A stretch of DNA of 62,928 nt, counting the filler, from Perkinsus chesapeaki ATCC PRA-425 (Eukaryota > Protista > Perkinsozoa): NCBI GenBank assembly GCA_013115145.1. It is 14 parts of 14 records of this genome, joined end to end, with 100 filler letters (N's around TTAATTAATTAA, not from the genome) between each part and the next. Parts side by side here need not be neighbours in the genome. Positions count along the whole stretch, not along the records: positions 16,411 to 22,948 come from JAAPAO010001076.1; positions 23,049 to 24,819 come from JAAPAO010001792.1; positions 24,920 to 28,083 come from JAAPAO010001454.1; positions 28,184 to 30,625 come from JAAPAO010001603.1; positions 30,726 to 32,175 come from JAAPAO010001954.1; positions 32,276 to 34,008 come from JAAPAO010001806.1; positions 34,109 to 48,252 come from JAAPAO010000760.1; 7 more parts are not named here. One strand, 5' to 3'. Each line of letters starts with the position of its first letter. Position 1 is the stretch's first letter. The position numbers were made by a program, and so were the translations under genes. Below the pieces are notes generated by a model that had not been told where the DNA came from, made no database searches, and saw only the letters and a program-made list of their open reading frames with translations. Below are positions 21,615 through 35,303 of this stretch, piece by piece.

Positions 21615-22781
21615 TCAGTCATATCCTTTACCGAATTTCCTTCGGACAATGTACCTTGCACCGTCTGGCCAATGGCCAATGGCCCGTGGCCATATTGTTG
21701 CTGTGCCTCTACATTTTCTCTCTCTCTTATCCAACTGGTCTCTCACCATGCGGCCCGAATATTCCTGGCTATCCTGTATGATGCGGTCGCATACATCTCT
21801 GGCGTATAGACTAATAGCCTCTGAACTCCATCTCCCAAATCTTTGCACTCTGTGCCTTTCCACTCCTGCACGTAGCATCCACTGTGTTCCACCCACTCGC
21901 ATACTATGTAGACCGAACTTGTCCACTTGAGTGACACCTGCCCTTCTCAAATCCTTAAGCAGCCGGTATCGCAGTCTGTCTGTGTACCACGCTACCCCAT
22001 CCTCATCTCTGAACAGCTTGTCTGTACCTACAACACCCTCCCGCTTTCTCAAAGTAACAACATTCTTCAAAAGGTGCACAGGACATAACGTCCTCCCTAC
22101 CTCACCGTTCGCACAAATGCAGCCGTGCACTCTAATTGCCCCCTCGCCTCGTTGGTCGGTTTTCGACTCCCTCACAGTCACTTTCACCACCTCTGCCGCT
22201 GTTTTTTCGACTTGTCCCAGACCACTCTCCGCGTCCAAGGACTGTATATCTCTCATCTCCAACTCCACCGCTTCTTCCCCGCGAAGCAAAAACCAACACC
22301 CGATGGTATACAATGCCGCTCTCGATCGCGCATTTGTCCCGATTGCACTCCTGTGCAATTCCAATAATAAATCTATTGTTAACGGGTCCCTGCCTTCTGG
22401 CTGTCCTTGGCCCCTTGTACATGCCCGTTTCCACTTTCTTACCATCGACTTATCCGCATTTGTCAACTCGTATCCTCTCGCTTCGTTTTCCGCCACCACC
22501 GCATCCAAGTACTGATTCACAGACTTGTACCCCGAAGCGCATAAGACCGCTGCAAAACACTCCAATTTCTCTCGATCAATCGGGAATGCCTGTTTATTCA
22601 CACCATCTCCCGCCATGACCTCTTCGTACTTCCGTACTCTCGAACAATTCGACTTCTTCGTCGATTCTGCATATATTTTCTCCCGCAGAGACTCCACCGC
22701 TTCCTGCACTTTCTCCCCACCACTTTCGTTCACGATACACTTCAACAGAGCCGCATTTCCTCGTCGCCTTTTGTTCGACAT
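21615..22781 (-). CDS. Second, unrelated DIRS/Crypton-like tyrosine recombinase
   Basis: FLLRGEE (R), ESKTD (K), C-x-C...LCPVH, HSMRVGG (HxxR), FGRWSS (W), SLYA (Y). The contig ends about 170 bp upstream, so the parent element cannot be seen. Confidence 0.88.
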   Translation of the reverse strand: MSNKRRRGNAALLKCIVNESGGEKVQEAVESLREKIYAESTKKSNCSRVRKYEEVMAGDGVNKQAFPIDREKLECFAAVLCASGYKSVNQYLDAVVAENEARGYELTNADKSMVRKWKRACTRGQGQPEGRDPLTIDLLLELHRSAIGTNARSRAALYTIGCWFLLRGEEAVELEMRDIQSLDAESGLGQVEKTAAEVVKVTVRESKTDQRGEGAIRVHGCICANGEVGRTLCPVHLLKNVVTLRKREGVVGTDKLFRDEDGVAWYTDRLRYRLLKDLRRAGVTQVDKFGLHSMRVGGTQWMLRAGVERHRVQRFGRWSSEAISLYARDVCDRIIQDSQEYSGRMVRDQLDKRERKCRGTATIWPRAIGHWPDGARYIVRRKFGKGYD

Positions 22782-23086
22782 TACACCAACTTAACTAAGC
22801 AGAACCAACCTGCAGGACCTACGCCCAACTTCGCCGATCAACCGGCCTAAAAGGCCCTGCAGGTATACCTCACCTGGGGAATCCACTTTTGGACCAATCC
22901 ACTATTGGACCAAAAACGGTTATTGCGATAAATACTCACACACACGGANNNNNNNNNNNNNNNNNNNNNNNNNNNNNNNNNNNNNNNNNNNNTTAATTAA
23001 TTAANNNNNNNNNNNNNNNNNNNNNNNNNNNNNNNNNNNNNNNNNNNNGCTAGTATTCTTAGCGTTATATCAACCCTTGGTCTTTA

Positions 23087-23572
23087 ATGTCCATCTTATT
23101 CTGGCCGGTCTTCTTATGTGTGGCGCTCGGGGTGAGCTTTTTCGACGGTATAAATCTCGACTGGTTTGAAGACGCTCTCGAGGGGCACGGCGACGATAAT
23201 GGTACCACCACCGCTTTGACTAGCTCTACGGTCAGTCCAACGACATCTACCCAGTCGTTGGCTGATTGTCTGGATCAACTAACCTTATCGCCTCCTCCCG
23301 GCCCGCTCGAGCAGCTGCAGCTGAGCCTCGACCTGGCTGATGCCCTGATGGATGTGGAGAGCTCTTCCACAACAACGAAGGAGCCATCGGCGCTGGAGGT
23401 GTTCAATGCGATGACCTTTTCCAAAGAGGAGTCACCAGTGACAACTGAAAGCATCACTACTTCTCCTACGGGAAGTTTGAGGGCGAAGAATTCCACCAAT
23501 ATGTGTGGTGTGCCTTCAAGTGGTTGGCTGGCATTGGTACTGACAGCAGTTTTGTATCTCAGTGGTAGTTGA
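23087..23572 (+). CDS. Ser/Thr-rich surface protein, putative signal peptide plus GPI anchor
   Basis: Hydrophobic N-terminus, S/T-rich low-complexity core, hydrophobic C-terminus WLALVLTAVLYLSGS. Confidence 0.6.
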   Translation: MSILFWPVFLCVALGVSFFDGINLDWFEDALEGHGDDNGTTTALTSSTVSPTTSTQSLADCLDQLTLSPPPGPLEQLQLSLDLADALMDVESSSTTTKEPSALEVFNAMTFSKEESPVTTESITTSPTGSLRAKNSTNMCGVPSSGWLALVLTAVLYLSGS

Positions 23573-26500
23573 GGTCAGAGTATATGCCCGGGAAGCCCAC
23601 GAGGCTACCGGGGAGGGGTGATAATTAATATATGGTGATTATTATTTTTGCATGTCTATAGATTGATATGAATCCGATGTCGGGTTTAAGTTTGTTAATA
23701 GTATGCTGAAGTAGCTAACCAATGCTAGTACTCCAACTCATTCTCTTCAATAGACGAGGTGGGGATTTGGACTCACAGTCAGTGACTAAATTAAGTCAGT
23801 CAATGACTTAACTTCCTCGCAAACCTTAACTTCATGTCGTACACTTGGATTAACATCAAGTTTATAAAATGATTCCCACTGAGCTTTTAAACTTGGCTGT
23901 CATTCGCAGTTTTCGGCTAGCCCCGTGGTCTAACCCTTTAGCTTCGATTCTGCAGGTTTTTACTTTAGTAATTTTGTCTCGAAATAATACGCGCTTTCAT
24001 TTCTCGAGTTCAATTGCCCATCCCTCTGCGCATTCTCACCTCGATGAATGATGGCCACGTTTCCACATCCTATCAAAGTAGGATGAAGGCTCCGATTCAT
24101 CATCAGCAGTGAGCTCTCGAAGCTCCACCGAATCCCACAGGCCTAAAACAACCAAGAATTCCAACAATACTGTGAATCTCCTCTAATTCCCACCTGATAG
24201 CTTTTCTAGTTCAGTTCGAACCGTTATAAGATACTGTTCATTATCTGATACAATACGTAACGTAGACGAACCACGACAGAGCTTATGGAGGATGTTGAAG
24301 AAGTCCGATGTAAGGAGATGATCACCGCCTGTGCCTAAACAAAAGAAAATGGTACTGGAGATAATGAAAACTGTCGAGGAGTTAGCATGCTCGAATGTTT
24401 GAGGGAACTTGTCAGCGGTATACGCCAAGCTACTATCAAAAAAATGTCAAAGATCAGTTATCGACTCGAAAATATCGAGAGTCATATGATATGACTCATA
24501 TCGGTTTTTAGTAAAAATTCAAATGAACTGTTTAATACTGTAGCTCTCCGCATAATTCAGCAAGACTGCAAAATCCCATCTCACCCTCTCGAGCACAATT
24601 GTCATGCCACACTGGCGGTTCCGGAAAGTTGATGTGAACCTCGGAAACACAGCTGGGAGGCAGAAGCCTGAGATGAGACCACTTCGGCAATTTCGTGGCG
24701 CGCAAGATTCTCACATGGGTAAAGCTTCCCTCGCATCCCCACCAATAATATGTACATTCCTCGGCCCTTCTAGGAGGCACTTTTGCCGGATAGCCGCACA
24801 CCTAAATGAAAGAACAATTNNNNNNNNNNNNNNNNNNNNNNNNNNNNNNNNNNNNNNNNNNNNTTAATTAATTAANNNNNNNNNNNNNNNNNNNNNNNNN
24901 NNNNNNNNNNNNNNNNNNNGAGATGGTACCGTGGCTACTCAATCTTGTGGAGTACGAACGACATAGCATTCTCCGAAGATACAATTTGCCTTGTAAGTGT
25001 TGGGGGTTTGAAAATGCCCACTGCCCGGCCCTCGTAGTTGGATCAATGAAGGTACATTTCGGTGTTGCGGTGGATTCAGCAGCCGATTGTCGCGTGGGCC
25101 CTCTAGGTGGAATACCCGGCTGACGGCCACCGGCAGGCCAAGCGATGCAGCGGCTCTTCGGGTGTTACCGGCAGCGGAGTCAATGAGGCTAGCGAAACGG
25201 GCGGAAGATAGCCTGAAGGAAGCATCGCGGTTGTGAGAGCGAGTAGTTTGAGCGTTGGGTGGCAAGCTTCGTTTGCCTAGATACTGCAGACTGATGCTGA
25301 GAATATCTACTTTGGGACAGAAGCGACCGGGATGTGGGGGACGGCATCAGGCGTGGCGTACTTGTATGGAGGATAGTCTGATTAATCAAAACTTATTTGA
25401 GAATTTGTAATAGATGCGGCTTGGAAGTCAGCGATTGCATTCCAGGTATTTCCTGATTTGCCGAGTGGTAGTTGGGTGCTTGCGAGATTACCACCCGCCG
25501 CGGAGCATTTTCACCGCCGCAAGAATCGACCAGCTCGTGGCGGCCGATCTGGGGAGACTCTTGCGGTCGACAAGGTGATATCGGGAGCGGAGATGGTCTG
25601 ATCTTTGTTTTCCATCGCGCTGAACAGTTTCAATCTACATGGGCGTACTCTTAAGGCGAGGAGGCTTCTTGGGTCCAACGAAGGCCGCATGGAAAGTGCC
25701 TCTGAAGACTCTGAAGAGGACCAGGGGGCAGCGGAAAATCGAGCGCGCGGAATGCCTCCCCGAGCAAAAGGTAGCGGCCTGGTATTACTACAGGCAGCAC
25801 TGATGAAGGGTAGTAGGCCAGATGGGGGAGACCAGGAGCATCAACGACCATGAATTACGGATCACGTCGCCGGTAACCCAGGAGCTTATAAAGGCTACAC
25901 GAAAACGAGTGAAGGCGTCTCGGAGACAGCGGCGGTCGTCGGTTGATGGTTTGCTTGGCGATAAGAAGGTGAGAGGTCAAGCGGGGAGATACGGGTACTT
26001 TCGGTTTCTCAGATGCTAGAGCAGGGAATTGATGGTAGCAAGTTTGTAGACTTCAATAATTTGATCCCTCTACAAGACCGCCGGTCCCCGCTTATGNNNN
26101 NNNNNNNNNNNNNNNNNNNNNNNNNNNNNNNNNNNNNNNNNNNNNNNNNNNNNNNNNNNNNNNNNNNNNNNNNNNNNNNNNNNNNNNNCTTAATGAGCAT
26201 CTTACTACCAAGTCCCAGGGAAGTGGCATTAAAAATACCAGACTTCAATTCTGGTAAGCATCGTGAGGTCTTCTAGTAACGTCGAATGGTTTCTGCTTCC
26301 TTGGTAGCTCGCACCAGCTCCTATGATCAACGGTCAGTGGGGTCCTTGGTACAGTCTGCTCGTACAACAGCCAAGTTGATGCCGTCCAGTGACTGGATGG
26401 TTGCTACTCCCCGATTGCATAGCGCGAGGATTAGGTACAGGAAAGTTGTGGCCGTGGAGCTTTGTAGACGCGGCTGGCGTAAGCCTCCGAGTGAGAAACA

Positions 26501-26645
26501 GCCTTCTCGGCCGCAGTGGGTTAATCCCTCATGATTCAACATGCAGCTTTTGCCATCTACATACTTGCATACATAAGAGGATTAGTTGTCGAGTTGCAGT
26601 CTTCATCCTCAATTTTTATGGCATAGTTCTTGGTCTTCCTCTGGA

Positions 26646-28083
<1,438 letters not shown>

Positions 28084-28183
28084 NNNNNNNNNNNNNNNNN
28101 NNNNNNNNNNNNNNNNNNNNNNNNNNNTTAATTAATTAANNNNNNNNNNNNNNNNNNNNNNNNNNNNNNNNNNNNNNNNNNNN

Positions 28184-29121
28184 TTCCGAATACGACAACA
28201 TTATCGTTAATCGGGTCTTCACTGCCCGAAAAACCTGGACACGAACGCTTATCAACGCGGAAAACGTCAGAAGAAGCGTGACCGCCGGAAGATGTTATAT
28301 TTCAGGAGCAGACTTTGCCGAGAGCGACGTCTCCCGTGACAAAAGATAGCAAGTTCCATCTACAGACTCTGTAGTACAAAGTCCGGCACGCAAATTGGTG
28401 ATGGCTAGAAGTCTTGGAACGTTGTAGATCACAATACCCAAGCGTTACATCAGGTGATGGAAGATGATTTTCCCCCACTGGAATCGTTTCGTAAAGCATT
28501 TTTTTCTAAAACAGCTATCACGTTGTTGCCAAGGATTCGTGGGAACCATCAGAAGTTGGAATGTAAAGAATAGGATACGAAAAGACCTGTGGGTTTGGTA
28601 TCTCTAACACTGAGCTAGAATACGTGCGGCATACTTCAGTGCCGCTGTGACACAGATTGAGTGGCACTGCGAAATGTGTTACTGTAGCTTTGGATGCCAG
28701 TTCCGAATATAACAACGTTATCGTTCATCGGGCCTTCACTGCTCGAAAAACCTGGACACGAACGCTTATCAACGCGGAAAACGTCAGAAGAAGCGTGCCA
28801 GCTGGAAGATGTTATATTTCAGGAGCAGACTTTGCCGAGAGCGACGTCTCCTATGACAAAAGATAACAAGTTCCATCTACAGACTCTCTAGTACAGAGTC
28901 CGGCATGCAAAGTGGTGATGGCTAGAAGTCTTGGAACGTTGTAGATCGCAATACCCAAGCGTTACACCAGGCCATGCAAGATGGTTTTCTCCCACTGGAA
29001 TAGTTTTGTAAAGCAATTTTTTATAAAACAGCTATCACGTTGTTGCCAAGGATTCGTGGGAACCATCAGAAGTTGGAATGTAAAGAATAGGATACGAAAA
29101 GACCTGTGGGTTTGGTATCTC
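28184..29121. repeat. Tandem duplication, about 420-bp unit (28184-28604 and 28701-29121)
   Basis: Collinear, highly similar copies with scattered substitutions; stop-interrupted reading frames. Confidence 0.9.
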
Positions 29122-29587
29122 GATTGCACCGGTATTCCGATCTCTCAGCCGTTATCCAACCTCACCGGCTCTACCGCGTGGTATCAGTCTCATCACGCCT
29201 CTCGTCAAGGATATTTACTGCCTTCACTTGAGGTTCGGAGATAATGACGATTAGACTAATTCCTCTCATTGTCGTTCAGTCGCTAGACCGTGGTGGAGAA
29301 GGTGGTTTTTTTCGTGAGACTCCCACGCAACGCTTAACACTTATTTAGGTGCTAATACACCTATAGCAGTAGCAGTGGACGTACTGAAATAGAACACTTA
29401 TTCTTCATACTGTTACATGTCCCTTCTTGAACGGCTGTCTGTTCGTCATGACTCTACGGCATAGAAGCTTTGCGTTACTCAGCGCTCTCCGCAGCGGGTA
29501 TTCTTACGTGATTGTTATAGAAACACAAAAATACTATAAGAAACGGAACGTGAACAATGCGGTCGCCATTGAGATGAAAGGTCTTCC

Positions 29588-30497
29588 CTAATGAAGGCCA
29601 TTAAAGTTTATGTTGTCGGCCGGCTGCTTTATAAATCGTTACCACAGCTGCTCCGCCGAAGCCGAAGTTGTGCTGGAGTCCCACTCGGGCAGCAGGGACC
29701 TTCTTCGAAACTGGATCAGTGCGCAATGGTCAACCCACCTGTCTTTTACCGGCCCCCCTCGTCAATTGGCGATGAAGCTCAACACATTGTGCTACTCCAG
29801 TCGCTGCTATTGGATGCCCCTTTGACTCTAGGCCTCCCGAAGGGTTTATAACAATCGGAGATCCGGAGTCTGTTCGTTGCTGGCAGAACCTAGTATCACA
29901 AAGTGCGAGCTACCGAACCAACCTCACCCACTTGCCGCCTTGGTTGTTCTCTCGCCACGACATTGTATCGATCATCTTCAGGCCGGCGCCCTCGGCGCAG
30001 GAACCGAGGGCCTCGTATCTTAACTCAAAGTGCATCTGTTCGGGGAGCAGATCGATGCCTATTACAGCAACAGCTCGTTGATAGAAAAGCAGTCATGAAG
30101 CTCAACAATCTGAGTGACAAAAATTCTAGTTAATACTGCCGACTGTTGGTACATCAACATCTCGCGCTTCAAGCTGAGATTCTCGATAGCAATTTTCTGC
30201 TGCTTTCCTGGCCATATCAATACCGCATAGTGCTGCGTACCTAAAGAGAATGTCTTAGGGGGAGGTGCAGACAGAGAGTATCACGTGTCTCCGAAACTCG
30301 AGGGAAGATCAGTTACCATACTCTGGGCGCAGATCTCAGCTGCACGACCGTTCTCTATGAACCTGGGATAGCGGTAGAGGACAGGGCAAATACAGGGATA
30401 TGTCGATTCGCTTTTGATCGCTTTGGTATTACTCATTGCAGCGATACCAGCGTTCTGAACATATGATGACAGCGGCTGCTCCATCGGCCGTTGGAGC
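29588..30497 (-). CDS. SCP2: SCP2/SCP-x type thiolase, 3' exons only
   Basis: [74 protein letters not shown], stop at 29588-29590. Confidence 0.88.
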
Positions 30498-31980
30498 CTG
30501 AAATTACCCGGGCAGACAAAGCCTCGTGGATACATGATTCAAGCCCGTCTAGGGAGGTAGCCACGACCGCCCGCGAAGCGGGCGGTCGTGGGTAACTCCG
30601 TGCTAGAGGTCGTGGGTAATGCAAANNNNNNNNNNNNNNNNNNNNNNNNNNNNNNNNNNNNNNNNNNNNTTAATTAATTAANNNNNNNNNNNNNNNNNNN
30701 NNNNNNNNNNNNNNNNNNNNNNNNNTCTTGGGTCCTCAGCCATGTATTTACACTGGCTGGAGTCCCCCCACGCCAAACCTGAGGATCGGAGGTTTCATAA
30801 TGGTGAAACAAAGTCGGATTTTTGTTACGGTTGACAACTCAAAAAGTAAAGGAGCCTTGTTATCCAAGCACTAAAAACCATACCCCGTGAAAGGTGATCC
30901 AACTGCGCTGCATGGGCCTTCTCCATGGCTTTTCAAGTAGTTCGGAATGAAATTGGCTTGCCACGAATGAACCCTGTCACGAGTGTTTCAAGCTGTACGC
31001 GTGAGATTGCCCACCAATGTACCTACCGTGGAAGAAAGTTGACGCCGATCTACAAGGTTTGGTCAGCAGAGGGAAACAGCTCAGGCGCGCAGTATACCAG
31101 AGCTCCATGCACCGTAGTTTCGACACCCACGGGTTCGGCAAGGATAATGAAAATTGTAAATCCAACTGGTGATGAAGAAAATGGTGGAGGCATCACTGGG
31201 CGCCACTAGAGCTAACTCTACCGGTCGTTGGAGACTATTCGGGAAGATCCATGGTTTGATTTTCTAAATCAGCGGAGACGATATACCATGAGATCAACAC
31301 CCTGCTCTTAAGCTTGGGTTCTATCCCATGAATGGATGACACTGGGGCATCGGATACGCTCCCGGCTACGCTGCTCACTTTGATATGAAGCGACTTGTCC
31401 CTGGCGAGGATCTTGGGACAGGCAGCTCCGTGATGGAGCTCCCTTTCTGGCCCTTGGGTAAACACTAGCCACTTTACAAGACTGCAGAGTCAGACGGGGC
31501 TGCCAATGGTATGTCTTAAACAGTAGTCCCAAATGGATCCTATGAAATTGCAATAGCTCTAACTGTAAAACTCTCGTAGCTTCACATGTCCCACATAATC
31601 TGGTGACGCGCGAGGTCACAGGTGGTCAGTTTAAAAGAAGCTGGCTACGTTTGATGAAATAGTGACATTCAGCACCACCCTGCTGACTAAACAAGGAACG
31701 AAACTCTTGTACCACACGCGCTCAGTATCGGTGATGATTCCTCCTCGAGTTGCACTCCGATATACGCGCTTGGAAGTAAAGTCCGGCTCAGCGGGGCCAA
31801 GTCCTCTTCTTGAGTCGTCTACGCTGCACACCTGATTCGGTGTCACGTTTGCTTCAAGTTCGCTGCTCAGTCACTAAGCCTTAATACTGCTGAAAGTGTG
31901 TAACAATAGCGCGGAACCCAAGTCCTGCCAGGGGCTATGAATGTGAAATTCATTCGGTTTGTGGTCTGGCATAATTTTTC

Positions 31981-32101
31981 GGGTGTACGGAATGAAAGTG
32001 TACGAAATATGCGTGTGAAAAAAGTGTGGATTGAGATTTTGGTGTATGAAATTGCGGTGAACGGAATGAAGACGTACGAACTTTTAGTGTACTGAATGCA
32101 A
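31981..32101. repeat. Fragment of the 13368-14338 TIR element right arm
   Basis: Matches 14030-14150 (gtgtggattgagattttggtgtatgaaat...). Confidence 0.8.
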
Positions 32102-34401
32102 GTTGTTGAAGGTCGTAGTGGGAACACAATACAAAGAAGGTTGCGTGGAAGAATAATCCAACTGAGACATTTGCCNNNNNNNNNNNNNNNNNNNNNNNNN
32201 NNNNNNNNNNNNNNNNNNNTTAATTAATTAANNNNNNNNNNNNNNNNNNNNNNNNNNNNNNNNNNNNNNNNNNNNCCGTTATAACTAATAAAGTGGCATC
32301 TAAGCATGGTTCTGTGGAGAAGCTATGTTCATCACTTCGATCAACTTTTGGTGTGCGCAATGTATCTAGACGCCTTCTTCTAACCGGTCTCTCCATTATA
32401 ACATATCCTACTGTATTAGCGGTTGCCCTAGGTGCTAGTCATTGGTATGTGCTTATTGAAATGTCTGGAAGGGTTCTAGTCCATTTACTGTTTTACAATG
32501 TCCCTGTGACGAAGCTTTTGGCATTCGCGCTTGCATCTCACATTGTGCTGGTTGTGATTGTTGCTATTGTTGTGCCTGTCTTATTCAATGTATCAGTCAC
32601 ATCAGTTACACTGTCACTAGGTGGCTTAGTCGGGTACTTGCTTTTCCATGATACTCTTATCAACTCCATGTTTGGACGTGGTTTTCAACATGGATGGCAA
32701 CGTTAGTACTTTCTTATAGAGAGCCTCAGGTGTCTTAGATCTCTTGATGTTTACGACTGTCACGTCTGTTCTCGTCCATATAGCGGCGTTGGCTGCGACT
32801 GCGGTCTTCTTCTCGTTATCCGGATTGGTTGAGTTATCTACCGTCACGTACATGCATCTACCTGAGTGTTGATGCAACCGATCGCTCTCTTGCACCAAGA
32901 CAAAATCAGTTACTGTATCTCACGAGGTATTCCCGGTTGCCTAAGATCGGTAAGTTAATAACTCTTTGTTTGTTTTGCACGAGCGTCGCATGTGTTTGGA
33001 GGTTTGCCACTAAACTCTTTACTGGGCCTTCATACGCGAAAGAGTAGAGTCATTCGAGTAGTCCATAGGTCTGAAACGCTAATTTTGATGAACTTTGACG
33101 TGTTTTGAGACAGCTTTTACAGCTCGCGGAGTGAAGAATCGTACTCCGGGTTCGTAGTAGATTGCTCAAACTTATCGTATGTGGGGTATTTTAGGCTGGC
33201 TTGTGACTCACAAGTTGTGAGATATATCCGTCGATCGGGCGATTCAACCAGGTCGAATGGTGATCTTTCCCGAGAATGGCAGATACTCTCGATTTGTTCC
33301 AACTCTTGACGGTTGGATTCAATAAGCTTTGGAGAGAAACTGGTGCTGACTCCTGTTGGGGGTAGTGACGGGCTGTCACTGATAGTACTGCCAGTAACTG
33401 ATGTTGCACGCATTCTTTGAGATAACGCAAGCCAATAACCTTAACTCTTAGAGGCTCTAAGTTATGTGAGTGCACGTTATGTGCAACACGCAACAGCACG
33501 CAACACCCGCCGCACATCCACTTTGTGTCGAGATGTGCAAATAAGTGTTAACGTAGCAGGCCTCTGCGAGTGTAGGCGAAATGACATAGACTAAGGGAGT
33601 GTACCCAGCCATCCCTGTGTCCCAATAACACAACGCACACGATTGTTGTCTCCGCTAAGCTGCAGTGCTCCCGGAGAGGAACAAGTCAGCCGTTAACTAA
33701 GGAGTACAGTAACAAAATTTTTTTTTCTAAATAAATACCCTAGGTACGGAGGTGGCCCACCAATCACTTGAGTGCCTGCAGGCATCAGGTCGAGACCCTC
33801 CAAGTGGTTGGTGAGGCACTAGCACGCTGTACAGGCTATGCCTGTAACAGTGCGCCCTACCCACAATCCCATGCCTTTTGGGATTTCACCTCTTGTGCAT
33901 GCGCAATGCCTACATGTGTGATAAATTATCACTGATATCGTGATCTGAGGGGACGCGTGCTCTCTTAGGGTTGGGAGTCATACTTGGTGTAACGCAACCA
34001 AAGCCGGTNNNNNNNNNNNNNNNNNNNNNNNNNNNNNNNNNNNNNNNNNNNNTTAATTAATTAANNNNNNNNNNNNNNNNNNNNNNNNNNNNNNNNNNNN
34101 NNNNNNNNCTTGTACGGGGACAAGAAGCGTCAAGTTAATACGAATAAAACGTATACTTACGTACACGATCTAGTGCACTTATACGAGTATATTGCAGCAC
34201 CTAAGCTACAGCTAGCCTAGCAGAGCTGAGCTACAAAGATACGTTACTCAAAATCGTCACAATAGTTGTCTACTCAATTCGGGCCAAAGGTTTTCTAGGC
34301 GCGTGACGGAGTGCGGCGCGTGACGAACGAATTCATCCCACAACAGGCCTTTGATAATGGGTATCTAGACGATATAGATCTGAAGATAGTTGAATATGAG
34401 C

Positions 34402-34560
34402 GGGCTGTTCAGTAAACTTGGCCAAAATACATTCCAGAATTAATTCTCAGAATCTATTCTTGAATCGTGTTCAGAGGAATCCATTCCGAAAAAATCTTGG
34501 AATGTATTCCGGAATTGATTCTGAAACGTGTTCAACAAATTACAGAATCCTGATTCCGAG
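34402..34560. repeat. End of a second putative TIR family with GAATNNATTC motifs (related end at 55741-55812)
   Basis: Shared start GGGCTGTTCAGTAAAC followed by repeated palindromic GAATNNATTC. Confidence 0.55.
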
Positions 34561-35149
34561 AGAGAAGTTGTACGCGGCTTTGACTACCGCGCGCGCCACA
34601 AGTCATCGCAGGATTCTAAAACGGTGAAACTACTGAAACGGTTGGATACTACTGGACGTCTGTATTTGACTAGATAGATTCTAGTGGTTGGAGTTGAGAG
34701 ACTCTAGGTTGTTGGAACTAGATAGTTGGAAATACTAGCATGTCTAGGAACTAGTTATCTGGTTCTAAGACTACTTTGTCTGTTCTCGACTTAGTGATTA
34801 CACTAGAGAATTGATACTACTAACACTTGATTAACTATGGTTTTGGGTTTCAAGATATTAGTAGTAAGGATTGCTAGGATTCGGTTCGTCCACGGGCCTA
34901 GGCGCTCCGTCGCTCCGCTAGGCCGTTTCAGGCAGCCGCAGCAGCTGCGGATTACTGTCAGATTGGTGATGATTGAGTAGTCTTTTCGGTTGCTATAGTT
35001 AGTAATTGCTACTCTCGCTTCCCTTGTGCTCTCTGCTTCTCTTGTGCTCACTACTCTCGCTTCCCTTGACACTCAGTGTGGCTCTTTGGCGTTGCTGGTC
35101 CTCGGGACCGATTAGTCGGGAGTTACTCTGAGTTGCCTTGTGAGCGGAT

Positions 35150-35168
35150 GTAGCCATCTTGGCTCAAG
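35150..35168 (+). other. Spliced-leader relic GTAGCCATCTTGGCTCAAG
   Basis: Exact match to the last 19 nt of the Perkinsus-type SL (ACCGTAGCCATCTTGGCTCAAG). Followed by TTCG rather than the GT of an SL-RNA gene. Confidence 0.85.
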
Positions 35169-35303
35169 TTCGTAGTTGGTTCTACCCCTTATCCTTTGTG
35201 ATCTCTCCCCAACCTTCTACAGCTCTACTCTCGGCTACCCTGACGACTCATCTCTACTCATCTACTACTACACCTACGATAACTTAGCAACCATCCTAAC
35301 ATA

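Noticed and set aside
32293-32706. Hydrophobic 137-aa ORF
   Set aside because: Non-ATG start, and it looks like the shadow of a Thr/Ser-rich, stop-interrupted frame on the opposite strand; no family recognised.
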